Source of the DNA: Candidatus Heimdallarchaeota archaeon
GTDB taxonomy: Archaea > Asgardarchaeota > Heimdallarchaeia > JABLTI01
Assembly (NCBI GenBank): GCA_019058275.1
Contig: JAHLVW010000062.1
Span: 160,001-224,000 of the forward strand
DNA length: 64,000 nt
Direction: 5' to 3'
Shown here in pieces: positions 32,194 to 43,210 of the stretch. The stretch's first letter is position 1. Each line of letters starts with the position of its first letter. The position numbers and the translations under genes were made by a program. The notes beneath the pieces were generated by a model. That model searched no databases. It was given only the letters and a program-made list of their open reading frames with translations, and was not told where the DNA came from.

Positions 32194-33461
32194 ACCACAA
32201 ATTTCTCTTTCATTAATTTCCTATTTTCAACTAAAGTGATGAATTCTATTGATAGTTTACGAGCTAATTCAAGTGCTTCAGGTTCAACAACATCTACTGT
32301 ATCATTTTTTGTATGATACCATCGTTTTACTTCTGGATTATCAATATCCATTGCTTCTAGAGATGCTCCGTTAAAAAATCCTCCTTTAACTATTGCACTT
32401 CCATCTGTTGCGCCAAAGGGTAATTCACGATGTGGTAATTCAATACCTACATTTTTCGCTGATTGGACAACCAATTTTACAGTGTCAGAATTATATGTTA
32501 CTCCCAATGTTTTTTCTTTGTGAATAACATGTATATCATCACTTTTTGCTATACCATCAAAGTTTAAGAAGAAAAATGGTTTCTTCTCAAGTTCAGTCTT
32601 ATGTTTTTTAACCTAATATTTGGCTCCTCTTAATCCTGCTTCTTCAGAACCAAAACCAACCAACAGTATTTTCGTGTGGTTAGGGATCAAATTTTTACTA
32701 TTTCCTAGAGTTTCACCTATTCCTTGTAGAATAGCTATACTTGATAAATTATCATTAGCCCCCAATACTGCCCAATTAGTTTTAAAGAAAAATAGCATTG
32801 CTGCCATTGGAGCAATTATTGCAGCGATACCAATTCCTATGTAAATAAAAACTGTTCCTGGTACATTGAAAATCCAACTCGAGATAAAATAACTCACTGA
32901 AAGAATAATATAAATCACCAATAAAATCAGCAAACCTATTAGAAAATAGTTGAAGGTTCTAGGCATATACAAATTAAAATTGAATTGATATGCGGAATCT
33001 AAATGAGCTGAAAACATTAGTGTCTGTTTCCATTCTTTTTTCGGATTTATTTCTCCAATAACATTAACACTTGTTTTTTTTCGGGAAGAGAAAATCAACA
33101 AATTATGCATAGCGTAGAAATTGCATGTAAAAGATTAACATCGCAAAAATAGCTAGCACAGCAGAGACAATCGGGTAAAACCAATAAATGGGGATTCCGA
33201 TTAAAACAAGTAAAGGTGAAAGGAAAGTAAAACTAAGAAATCCTTTTGGAGCTAATTGAAATTCTTTTTCTCTACCTTATCAGAGTATTTCTCGAATTCT
33301 TCTTTGACAAAATTTGCTGCCTTATGTTCAGCTACACTTCCTGCTTCTCTCGGACCAGCTTCCTCACAGATTTTAACCAAGAATCTATGCATGTTATTCA
33401 TTCGTTCTTCTGGAATTTCTTCCTTCCAAACTCGAGTTGCTAATTCTCTATTTTTTGGCAT
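32166..33461 (-). pseudogene. M28-family metallopeptidase with TM insert, disrupted
   Basis: GPREAGS..E, FSAHLDS, GANDNLS, GSEEAGLRG, GATDG, WYHTKND; frameshifts and TAG at 32613. Confidence 0.85.
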
Positions 33462-33535
33462 ATCTTTCTTTTAGCATTTTTACTAAAAAACTTATTCCAG
33501 CTATTTGAAACAAAGTTTTTAATTTTTGGAAATAA

Positions 33536-34507
33536 TTGCTCTATATGTCATTTTATGAAGAGATGAATCCAGCAGATATTACAATTGAGGAAATTGTATC
33601 ATCTGTTAGGAAATTTCTACCAGATATTTCATCTAAATCTATTCGTTTCTTCTATCATGGAAGCTACAATGTTTTTGAAATTGATAAAAAATACATTCTT
33701 CGCATCTCTGATAGAGAATTCCGAAATAATCAAGGTTTGGAAATGTTAAGAAGTGAATCAGAAATTCTAAAATTCCTAAAAAAGAAATTAACTTTAGCTA
33801 TTCCAGAAATTCTTTATCTCCATGACTCAACCAAAATTCCTTTCTCGATTCACCAAAAAATACCTGGAAAATCATTAGTTTTTGTAATTCAAGAACTATC
33901 TTTAGTTCAGAAAAAAAGCATTGGAGCCAAGATAGGTAAATTTCTTTCCAGATTTCATTCAAAGGAATTGAAAGATGAATATCTAAAATGCTTTTCTAAA
34001 TGGAAAGAATTCTTTTCTAGTGATAAAGATTTTTTACGATCTTTTAGAAAGAAATGCTTCACTTGGTTTGAGGAAGCAAAAGAGATTGCTTATCAGTATC
34101 TTAATCAAAACCAACAAGATTGGTTAACAAAGATCTTCGAAGACTATCTAAATAATGATGATAACTTTACTTTTTCTCCAAGGCTTTCACATAATGATTT
34201 TGATACCTCAAATATTTTGATAGATCCTAAATCTGCTAAACTAACAGGAATAATTGATTTCGAGGAATGCAATATATGGGATCCTGCTGTGGATTTGCTT
34301 TTTTTTGATGAAGGACCAGAATTTATAAAGGCTATACTTGATAACTACAAATACTCTAATCAGAAATCTTTAAAAGCTAGAATGAAATTTTTCTATAGCC
34401 AAACATGTACTCCTTACCTTGTTTGGGGAACACAGCACAATAGACCTGGAATGATTGAGGAAGGATTGAAGAGAATTAGAAAAAATATGAAAATGTTTCC
34501 AAAATAA
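33536..34507 (+). CDS. Aminoglycoside phosphotransferase (APH) family kinase
   Basis: HNDFDTSNIL and GIIDFE motifs, DPAVDL. Confidence 0.85.
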   Translation: MLYMSFYEEMNPADITIEEIVSSVRKFLPDISSKSIRFFYHGSYNVFEIDKKYILRISDREFRNNQGLEMLRSESEILKFLKKKLTLAIPEILYLHDSTKIPFSIHQKIPGKSLVFVIQELSLVQKKSIGAKIGKFLSRFHSKELKDEYLKCFSKWKEFFSSDKDFLRSFRKKCFTWFEEAKEIAYQYLNQNQQDWLTKIFEDYLNNDDNFTFSPRLSHNDFDTSNILIDPKSAKLTGIIDFEECNIWDPAVDLLFFDEGPEFIKAILDNYKYSNQKSLKARMKFFYSQTCTPYLVWGTQHNRPGMIEEGLKRIRKNMKMFPK

Positions 34508-34608
34508 AAGAATTATAAATATCAAAAAAGAAATCAATTTATTTATATTGGTATGATGTTTAAATAACTTGAAAAAGCTTTGTTAAAAAAAATCAAGTTG
34601 GTTAAAAA

Positions 34609-35091
34609 TTGACAGAACCGGATACATATTTTGCACCTGCCACAAGATTAGATCAAGGTGATGTTTATCTACAAACAATTAAAATACTTGGATTAAGAAG
34701 TGCAATACAAGTCCTAAATATCTTGCCAAATTTGGTTACTATTTTGAATGTGGAAAGGCAGATAGTTTTCACAAATAAGGCTTTTACAAAATATTTGGAA
34801 ACAAAGAATTTTGATGATGGTCTAGGGTTAAGATCTGGGGAACTTATTGACTGTATTCATGCAAATGATCATATTAATGGATGTGGAACTGGGAAAGATT
34901 GCAAATACTGTGGTGCAGTTCTTACATTATTGAAAAGCCAAGAAACAGGTGTTAAACAAGAAGGCAATGCTAAAATTACTATAAAAAAAGATGGAAAGCA
35001 AATACCTTTAGACTTTCATATTATTGCTAGTCCAATAACCGTTGATAATGAGGTATTTTACATAATTGTTTTAACAGAATATAGTAAGTAA
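34609..35091 (+). CDS. Stand-alone Cys-rich PAS domain protein
   Basis: ILNVERQIVFTN, GLRSGELIDCIHA, GCGTGKDCKYCG. Confidence 0.75.
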   Translation: MTEPDTYFAPATRLDQGDVYLQTIKILGLRSAIQVLNILPNLVTILNVERQIVFTNKAFTKYLETKNFDDGLGLRSGELIDCIHANDHINGCGTGKDCKYCGAVLTLLKSQETGVKQEGNAKITIKKDGKQIPLDFHIIASPITVDNEVFYIIVLTEYSK

Positions 35092-35848
35092 AAGATATTT
35101 CTTGAAAAACAATCTCAAATGTCTATTTTTCATTGTTAATTTCTAAACAAAAAAAATCCCAATTTCCTTTTTAGGATAATAATAATATATCAATTCTTAA
35201 GAAAATTATGTGAAATAACAAATTGTGAATTTGCTTTATTTAGCTATGTTGGATTTATTGCTTAACACAAAGTGGGTTGATTTATTGGAAATGAATATTG
35301 ATGATTCAAATGTTATTAAACTACTAGAAGAAAAAATACAGTTACTTTTGGAGAAAAATAAAATCATTGGTTTATCGATTACACTAATTAATGATGCAAA
35401 GGTTATTTGGGAAAAGGGGTTTGGTTATAAAGATAGAGAAGAGTGTACTAAAGTCACCCCTGAAACTTTATTTGAAGCAGCTTCATTGTCAAAACCAACT
35501 GTAGCATTTCTAACGTTAAAAGCATCAGAAGAAGGAAAACTAAATCTCGATACACCAATGATTGATTACTTGTCGAAACCATATTTAGAAAATCAACCAT
35601 TACAGTAGCAAATAACTGCTCGACATGTATTAACTCACACAACTGGATTTCCAAATTGGGGTGAAGTGAGAGGATCTCCTAAAATATTTTTTACTCCAGG
35701 TGAAAGATTTTCCTATTCTGGTGAGGGATTTATGTACTTGCAAAAAATTCTTGAGAGTATTTATGGAAAATCTCTAGAAGTACTTTCACAAGAAAAACTA
35801 TTCAAACATTTGGGTTTAACAAATGCAAGTTTCATTTGGAGTAATGAT

Positions 35849-35878
35849 ATTGAACAATTGTCTGCTCAAGATTATTTA
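35849..35878 (+). repeat. Left copy of a 30-bp direct repeat
   Basis: attgaacaattgtctgctcaagAttattta, 29/30 identical to 38441-38470. Confidence 0.95.
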
Positions 35879-35880
35879 GT

Positions 35881-36945
35881 TTATTGATTTAATCTGGTGA
35901 GTAATAGATTAATATTAAATTTGTAACATTTTTCAACAAGAAATCTTTTGAATCCCATTCTTTCATTTATTGAAAGCATGGGCATATTACTATCAGCATT
36001 CCCAGTATTTACTATTCGCACTTCAGGAAAATTCTCTCGGAGGTAAAGTAACATTGCAGCTTTCAACCATTTCCCTAATCCTCTACCGCGATAATTTAGA
36101 CCAACTCCAGTAAGATCTTGTTCAACAAGATATGGTTCATCATGAGAATACTGCATATCTGTTAAGCCACTAATCGCGCCATTAGCTTCTTGGGTAATCA
36201 TAGTAAAACATCTAATACCTCTTTCTTTGAAATGTTTCTCCTTTAATCTCAAAGACTCTACTGTTTCTATTCTTCTTTCTTCAAGACCTTCAAGAGGAAC
36301 CAAGTTCATTATTTCAGTGTAAAAATCTGCATAAGATTTTACTATTTCCTCTGGTATTTCTTCAAAAAACAACAACTTGACATTGTTCTTTTTAGCAATC
36401 TTTTCTCCTTCCTTAACCCAGTTCTTCATAAGCTCCCAATCTACATCCTCAAATTTTAATCTGTTTTGTGCACCTTCAAGTGCGAGTTCACCATTGAAAT
36501 ATTCACAAAATGCCCAACCCGCTTCCATAAAACTAAAGGTTTGGAGTGTAGTTAAATTCTTTAAAGTAACCGCTTTGGTTACAAGTTTTTTCAATAATTG
36601 AGTTCCGTATGTTTTTCTTCGATGTTCTTTAGCAATATCTAACCAAAACCAAGCATAACGCTTATTTTCTTCAAAGGCAGGATTTTTTTCATTAGCAACA
36701 TAGAAAAGTGCTCCTCCTATGACTTTTTCTTCTGTTTCTGTTTGCTGAATCATTAACCAATAATAATAATCGAGTAATGGATAATCTGAAAGAAGGACTT
36801 TTTTTCGCGAAACTCTTGAGTATTTTGGATCTTCATCTGGAAAATTTTCTTTATGTATTCCATCAAGTAAATCCAAATAAGAGTTTAGGAGATCTTCCGA
36901 GATTCTCTTAGGATCAAATTCAATAATTTTATTACTTGTTTCCAT
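35881..36945 (-). CDS. Tandem-GNAT acetyltransferase
   Basis: Two acetyl-CoA motifs (HRRKTYGT, YRGRGLGKWLK), NADSNMPMLSINERMGF; likely start at METS (36945). Confidence 0.88.
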   Translation of the reverse strand: METSNKIIEFDPKRISEDLLNSYLDLLDGIHKENFPDEDPKYSRVSRKKVLLSDYPLLDYYYWLMIQQTETEEKVIGGALFYVANEKNPAFEENKRYAWFWLDIAKEHRRKTYGTQLLKKLVTKAVTLKNLTTLQTFSFMEAGWAFCEYFNGELALEGAQNRLKFEDVDWELMKNWVKEGEKIAKKNNVKLLFFEEIPEEIVKSYADFYTEIMNLVPLEGLEERRIETVESLRLKEKHFKERGIRCFTMITQEANGAISGLTDMQYSHDEPYLVEQDLTGVGLNYRGRGLGKWLKAAMLLYLRENFPEVRIVNTGNADSNMPMLSINERMGFKRFLVEKCYKFNINLLLTRLNQ

Positions 36946-37193
36946 GTAATATCGCCTTACTCTCTTTTGTTGGAAGATATAAAAGATATAAAATATAGTA
37001 TTGTGTTTGATATTTAATGTAAATTGTAAGATGAGAAAAGTATGCATGGACTTGTTTCAAGCATTTCTTATTCACAGCTATTATCAAATTATCACAGAAC
37101 ATAATTATAATATCTCTCTTCCTTTTTTGACAATAACGACTCGTTTATAAGGAAAAAACGTGGATGTATAATTATTATAGAGGGATTTGATTT

Positions 37194-38440
37194 ATGATTA
37201 AACTGAGAAATGGGTTTTCCATTATTTTATTTATAATGTTACTTTTACCATTGAGTTCTTTGTTACCAGTTGTAGAATCGGCAACAGATGAACCAGTGAT
37301 TCAAGTACTATACCATCTGCAATAGATGATGCCTACGAAGATGATGATAGTTTTGCAACAGCTAGTGGTATAACACTTAATAGCATGCAATTACGATCAA
37401 TTTATCCTATCGCTGATCCTGACTTCATTGTATTTGAATTAGATACTTTTTATGATGTAGTGATAGCAACTAATACCACAGTCGGTGATACACGAATGTG
37501 GTTGTATGATTATCATCTCACACCAATTATGTTTGATGATAATACTGGTGAATGATCTAAATGCTTCAATTTCTATTGATTTCTTAAAACTAGGATTTTA
37601 CTTTATTAAAATCGAAGAAACAGGAAATGATGCAGAAATCGATGATTATTCAATAATGGTAACAGCCACAGAAGTTTATGATCCATGAACCTGGTGAATA
37701 TGGTGGCGTTACAAACATTGGTTTCAATTCTAGCATCACAAAGAGTATTAATCCAGCAGATGATTGGGATTTCTTTACATTCACAATAGCTACACAATAC
37801 AATATTACAGTGGAAACTTTTGGAACATCAGGGGATACTGTAATTGATCTTCGAACCGTTATTGATGAAGATGCAACGATAATAGATTACAATGATGATA
37901 AAGGAGGAGGGGACACATTCTCAAAACTTACTTTTACGAATTTAGCTCCTGGAACATATTATGTTAAAGTTTATGGGTGGAATAATAACTATTTATGTAA
38001 AAATTACACCTTGTATTTAACAGCATCTAGTAGCGCTGTTTCAGATACTACTGCTCCTGTAATTACAGCTATTACTCCTACTTTTAGTGAATCATATGGT
38101 CCTTACGGAGCAAATATTGATGTTACAAGTTATGATGCTTATGGAATTGAAGAAGTGAAATTATTCTATCGAGTTAATTATGGCAGTTGGAGTAATTATT
38201 CAATGTGGAAAGAATCCTATAATCACTATCTTGCTGCAATTGGTCATTTCGCTGAAGGTGATTTCGTTCAGTATTACTTCACTGCTGAGGATAGCTCTTC
38301 AAATCATAATGAAAGAATCAGTAACAATGGTGGATTATATTACAATTTTACTGTGCTTCATAATGATTTTACTGTTCCAATAATAACAAACGTTGATCAT
38401 AATCCTGTTGCACCAAATGAAACAGAATCAGTTGTTTTTA
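37194..38440 (+). pseudogene. Secreted protein with PPC (pre-peptidase C-terminal) and Ig-like domains, frameshifted and 3'-truncated
   Basis: Signal peptide, DDAYEDDD, D.DFFTF, GDTVIDL, LAPGTYYVKV; truncated at the direct repeat. Confidence 0.75.
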
Positions 38441-38470
38441 ATTGAACAATTGTCTGCTCAAGGTTATTTA
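38441..38470 (+). repeat. Right copy of the 30-bp direct repeat
   Basis: attgaacaattgtctgctcaagGttattta; restores the hydrolase reading IEQLSAQGYL. Confidence 0.95.
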
Positions 38471-39020
38471 CGTGATGGTACAATTAAGAAATGGAAACCT
38501 TTGGAATCTTCTGCTGCAGGTTCTTTACATATATCCGCCACTGGATATGCTCAATTCATAATTAGCTTAATAGAAAATAATTATAAAATGGCTACCAATT
38601 ATCAACGAAATCTCTTGCTGATATGTTCAAACCATGGGTTCCTGTTAGTGATGCTGGATTGGGTAACAAGCATGCTATTCCTAAATCAAAAATTAACGAA
38701 AGTGACTCTGTTTTCTGGGGATTGGGATGGGGTTTAGAGAAAACAAAAGATGGATCAAACTTCTGGCATTGGGGAAATAATGGTAGCTTCCAGAATCTAG
38801 TATTTGCAAACATAGAAGAGAAATCGGGATTTATTTTAATGAACAATTATGAAAGGACTCCATTTGTTTGGGAAGAGATATTGAAAATCGCTTTTGGTAC
38901 AGAACATCCTGGGTTTGATTGGTTAATGTCATTTTATTATGATTAGAATAAGAGATATTGTATTTTAATATCGTAATTTTAAAGAAAAGATATTAATTAA
39001 CAAACAATCAATTCATAATT

Positions 39021-39812
39021 ATGCATACTGAAGTTCTACAAATTTCTTTATTAACTGCTTATGGAAAAGCTTACATTGAAGGCAAAGATGTTTCTTTTGA
39101 AAAAAATCATCCTGGTGCTTATAATCATCGAAATATCCGATTTGTTGCAAAACTTCCCCAAGAACAATTGATAAAAAAAGACATCATAGCAGAAAATCCT
39201 AATGATTGGTTTAAGTACCTTAAAAAAGAGAAATTCATACGATTGCATTTAACCTATCAACCTTCAGCGTATATAAGCTCTAAAGCTCGTCTCAAATCAG
39301 TTTCCGATAACAAAGGTAGTCATTGGCATATTATCGCTGAGAAAGAAGAGAAATGTGATATCTGGAAATCAAAATGGCAATCTGAATCTGGAGAACTAAT
39401 GTCTTACTATTTTTTAATGATTAAAGATTTGGATTTAGGAAGTGTAAACTTTCCAACAATAGAAACAACAAAACTCTATCTAAAGGAGATTTTAAATGAC
39501 TTAGTTGAATTTACCAAGAAGAATGAACTGACCAATTGGATTGAAGTTTTCCAAAATGCCTTAAATTATCTAAGTATTGAGAATCCATCAAAATTAATAG
39601 AAGATGATTACCTTCCTACTGGTTGTTATAGTTTGGAAGCAAAGCAAATACTTGCAGCTTGTGATCAAGCGTGGGTATTTGGTGGTATAGGTTCCTGGAA
39701 TGATGTTGTCCATGTCCATGATTATGATCTATACCGTCGGCTTACTGCTAATCTTTATGACACTCTTTGTAATAGCATTGTTTCTGCGATAAATAGCTAT
39801 CCTGATAAATAA
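39021..39812 (+). CDS. Conserved hypothetical protein (VFGGxGSWND motif, DUF6966-like C-terminus)
   Basis: Intact ORF with AWVFGGIGSWND. Confidence 0.6.
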   Translation: MHTEVLQISLLTAYGKAYIEGKDVSFEKNHPGAYNHRNIRFVAKLPQEQLIKKDIIAENPNDWFKYLKKEKFIRLHLTYQPSAYISSKARLKSVSDNKGSHWHIIAEKEEKCDIWKSKWQSESGELMSYYFLMIKDLDLGSVNFPTIETTKLYLKEILNDLVEFTKKNELTNWIEVFQNALNYLSIENPSKLIEDDYLPTGCYSLEAKQILAACDQAWVFGGIGSWNDVVHVHDYDLYRRLTANLYDTLCNSIVSAINSYPDK

Positions 39813-39995
39813 GTCATACTTCGTTAGAAGCTATCTGAATCCAATTCCATTAAATAGTGCAAAAAATTTCATTCATTAATCTAGCAGCTTTCCTACATTT
39901 TTTTATATTGATTACTGTTTTTCATCATTTTCTTTATTTTAGTCTATTAAATTGATCATGAAAAATCTATTAAAAGAATTTGAATATTTTAATTT

Positions 39996-40610
39996 ATGAG
40001 TATTTGTGTCTGGCTTAATTTTACATTTTTAGTCTTATCAATGATTATATTTACTGCGTTATATTCAATTAGCCTTATGCCTGCAACTCGAAGCAAGAAG
40101 AGAGGAGAGAGAGTCTGGAAGGAAAGCAAAATTTATCGTATTATTGCTTCTATATTTGAAATCATTTTCACTACTTGTTTGATCTTTTGGTATTGGCTTC
40201 CTATACCTACTGTTGCTTGGAAAATATTCGTTACTAGATGGTGGATTGGATTGATTATTTTTTCAGTGATTTTTATTCCAGGATTAATTATTGTTCTTAA
40301 AGGAGTCAAAGATGCAGGTAGTGAAACACTTTCACCTTCAGAAGAAACAAAAATATATGGAGGTATTTACAAAAAGATCAGACATCCACAGACACTTGGA
40401 GAGATGCCTATGTTTGTAGCACTTGCTTTTGCTTTAAATTCCTGGTTTCTAGTCATTTTTACATCTATTTTTATTATACTATATACTCCGCTCACTCTTT
40501 ATCTTGAAGAAAAAGATCTTGTCATACGATTTGGTGAAGATTATTGTCAATATAAGAAAGAGCTAGGAGTTCTTTTGCCAAAATTGAGGAAAAGAAAGAA
40601 TGATAATTAG
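39996..40610 (+). CDS. Isoprenylcysteine carboxyl methyltransferase / PEMT family membrane protein
   Basis: GIYKKIRHPQ, EEKDL..RFGEDY. Confidence 0.85.
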   Translation: MSICVWLNFTFLVLSMIIFTALYSISLMPATRSKKRGERVWKESKIYRIIASIFEIIFTTCLIFWYWLPIPTVAWKIFVTRWWIGLIIFSVIFIPGLIIVLKGVKDAGSETLSPSEETKIYGGIYKKIRHPQTLGEMPMFVALAFALNSWFLVIFTSIFIILYTPLTLYLEEKDLVIRFGEDYCQYKKELGVLLPKLRKRKNDN

Positions 40611-40616
40611 TGCTTC

Positions 40617-41231
40617 TCAACTTGAGCATGTTAGATCTCTTGCAAAGGTAAAAGTAAATCTATTTTTGTTCACTAGCTCAAGACCATATTTTTTATAGAA
40701 GTTTATACCAAGATTATTCTTTGCTCCAACTTCCAAATGGTAACCAATTACATTATTATTTATAAGATGAGATTCAAGCGTTTGCATTAATCTATGACCA
40801 ATACCTTGTCGTTGATATTCAAGTAGAATATTAATATGGAGGTGTGCCGGATATCTTTTCAATAGATTTCTTTGTTTTTTAGAAGTAGGTTTGTTTATGA
40901 TAAAGTGAGCAATAATGCGAGTTTTTAATGATTTTATTTTTATTTCTTTAATTCTGTTTTTAATCAAAGTGGCTGTTGTTTTCTTAAAATCCTCTTCTTG
41001 TTTCTTTGTATCGAGGGTACTCAGAATATAACCAATCACTTTTTTTGTTTTAGTATCAAAGGCTACAAAAGAGTTATTCGTTTCATACCAAACATAGTAT
41101 AAACACCAAAATAAGCTGAAGAGATAGGGATCTGGAAACACTTCTTTTAAGAATAAATCGCCTGTTATAAAACAAATATCGATTAATGACTTTTCATCCT
41201 TTTTATCTAATTTCCTGATTTTGATAGTCAA
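40617..41231 (-). CDS. GNAT acetyltransferase
   Basis: YPAHLHINIL.EYQRQGIG, N..GINFYKKYG. Confidence 0.88.
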   Translation of the reverse strand: MTIKIRKLDKKDEKSLIDICFITGDLFLKEVFPDPYLFSLFWCLYYVWYETNNSFVAFDTKTKKVIGYILSTLDTKKQEEDFKKTTATLIKNRIKEIKIKSLKTRIIAHFIINKPTSKKQRNLLKRYPAHLHINILLEYQRQGIGHRLMQTLESHLINNNVIGYHLEVGAKNNLGINFYKKYGLELVNKNRFTFTFARDLTCSS

Positions 41232-41276
41232 TTAACTGGACTCCTATTTTTAATATTTAGTTCAAATTTCTACTAA

Positions 41277-41789
41277 TCATTTATCTAACTCTATGATCTG
41301 GATATGTTTAGGTGTGCTTGGTATATTCTTTAATTCTTCTTTCAAAATATCTGGTTTGATTACAATATCATCAAGTTCAGATGGTAGAAACCAGCGAAAA
41401 ATTAAGGTTATTTCTCCATACTTCTTTACCCAGGATTCTTCTTTTTCTACTCCATAAAATTCATCCTGTTTTAATTTATCTGCTGAATTTAATGGAGAAA
41501 CCAGGTAAATTAATTCCATTCCATGATGTCTCTCATTATCATATTCAAATAAATTCTCCAATACCCAAAGAAGTCTTTCAATAGTTATATCAACACCAAT
41601 TTCCTCTCGAAATTCTCTTTTCAATGCTTGATCAGAAGTCTCATATAATTGTATGCCACAACCAGGTATTACATAAAAATCATCAATGTTGGATGTATGC
41701 AGAAGAAGCTTTTCTCCTTCCATTATTAAACCACCTGCTCGAAAACCAATATTCTTTATTTCAGTGCTAAATTCTGTCAAAGCTATCAT
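41277..41789 (-). CDS. NUDIX hydrolase
   Basis: PG.G...ETSDQALKREFREEIG. Confidence 0.85.
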   Translation of the reverse strand: MIALTEFSTEIKNIGFRAGGLIMEGEKLLLHTSNIDDFYVIPGCGIQLYETSDQALKREFREEIGVDITIERLLWVLENLFEYDNERHHGMELIYLVSPLNSADKLKQDEFYGVEKEESWVKKYGEITLIFRWFLPSELDDIVIKPDILKEELKNIPSTPKHIQIIELDK

Positions 41790-41860
41790 TTTTTATTTTT
41801 CTAGCTCTTCTTATAGATTTTTTGCTGTTATTTTATTGTGAAACTTTTTTTATCTAAAAC

Positions 41861-42526
41861 ATGTACTGTCTAGATATGGTAGAAATTTCACACTATTCAA
41901 AGGAAGTTGTAAATATCTGTCGAAAGATATACAATAATCAATTAGTGAAACAAGGAGAAGGGAATGTTTCAATTAGAATTCCTAATCAAAATGCTATGAT
42001 TATTACACCATCAGAAAATGATTATGAAAATCTTTCAGAAGATAATATGATCCATATGGATTTTGATGGAGTAGTTTTACAAGGAAAATTGAAACCTTCT
42101 AGCGAACATATCATGCATTGTTACATTTACAGAAAAAGACCAAAAGTAAATTGTATAATTCACACACATTCACCAAATGTTTCTATCCTATCCGTTTTGC
42201 ACAATGATTTACCCGTAATATTTGAAGAAATGGCTATGCTTTTAGGTGGCAGTGTGAAATGTTCAAAATTTGCTCAAGCAGGTACTGAAGAGTTGCCTAA
42301 AGTTGCAATAAAAGCTATGAAAAAACAGAACACAGTTATACTAGCAAATCATGGGTTGTTAGTTGTAGGTCGTACGAGTGAATATTGTGTTAAAACTGCT
42401 GTGATCATTGAAAAAATGGTAAATATCTTTCTTAATGCTAAAAAAATTGGAGATGTAAAAGTAATTTCCACTGATAATCAAAAGAAATTTATTGAAATTT
42501 TTGATGCCAGATACTCTACATATTGA
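41861..42526 (+). CDS. Class II aldolase/adducin family protein
   Basis: EGNVS, ITPS, PSSE..MH, IHTHS, LANHG. Confidence 0.9.
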   Translation: MYCLDMVEISHYSKEVVNICRKIYNNQLVKQGEGNVSIRIPNQNAMIITPSENDYENLSEDNMIHMDFDGVVLQGKLKPSSEHIMHCYIYRKRPKVNCIIHTHSPNVSILSVLHNDLPVIFEEMAMLLGGSVKCSKFAQAGTEELPKVAIKAMKKQNTVILANHGLLVVGRTSEYCVKTAVIIEKMVNIFLNAKKIGDVKVISTDNQKKFIEIFDARYSTY

Positions 42527-42546
42527 ATAGAATTTGATTCCCATAA

Positions 42547-43155
42547 TTGGAAAAGATATTAATTCACATTAAACAATTGAATATCACAAATGATTATATC
42601 AACTTAAATGCTACTTTGGTGGTGAATACACTGCAAGTTTATCACTATATTCTAATTGGAATAGCTGTAATATGGTTCATTGTTATTGTTTCTGTATCTT
42701 GGTCAATCATTAAAGGAGCACCATATTCACCTACGAGAATGGAAAAGGTTCACAATATGCTCAAATTAACTAATTTAAAATCCGGAGAATTAATTTATGA
42801 TCTTGGTTGTGGTGATGGTCGGATATTAATTACTGCTGCACGTCATTTTAATGCTCAAGCTGTTGGTATTGAAATTGATCCTTTCAGATATCTATGGTGT
42901 CAATTTCTTATATCCATTTTAAGATTAAGAAAGAAAGTACGTGTCCTTTATGGTAATCTTTTTACCTTGGATATAAGTGAAGCAGATGTTGTTGTTTGTT
43001 ATTTACTTCAAAAAACAAATGATAAATTGGAAGATAAGCTTAAAGAGGAGTTACAATCTAATTCAAGAATTGTATCAAATAAATTCCTTTTCTCTAGTTT
43101 AACAGCAATACACAAAGATAGTGATCAAGGAATATATGTTTACAAAATTGATTAA
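42547..43155 (+). CDS. FAM173-like class I SAM (protein-lysine) methyltransferase with N-terminal TM, copy 1
   Basis: GAPYSPT, YDLGCGDGRI, GIEIDP, LEDKLKEEL. Confidence 0.8.
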   Translation: MEKILIHIKQLNITNDYINLNATLVVNTLQVYHYILIGIAVIWFIVIVSVSWSIIKGAPYSPTRMEKVHNMLKLTNLKSGELIYDLGCGDGRILITAARHFNAQAVGIEIDPFRYLWCQFLISILRLRKKVRVLYGNLFTLDISEADVVVCYLLQKTNDKLEDKLKEELQSNSRIVSNKFLFSSLTAIHKDSDQGIYVYKID

Positions 43156-43210
43156 CTACCCTTATTGATACTATTAATTTAAAATCGTCAATACTAGTAA
43201 AATTCATTAG

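Larger units (their letters stand above)
35291..38946 (+). pseudogene. Serine hydrolase (class C beta-lactamase family), split by a 2.6-kb insert
   Basis: AASLSK (SxxK), LTHTTG, PGERFSYSG in 35291-35878; resumes at 38441 with AAGSL, GLGW, FWHWG; TAG at 35606 and a frameshift near 38600. Confidence 0.85.

Noticed and set aside
33536-41789. Antibiotic-resistance island (APH, beta-lactamase-like, GNATs)
   Set aside because: These are broad enzyme superfamilies common in such genomes; no specific resistance signature, integron or IS context
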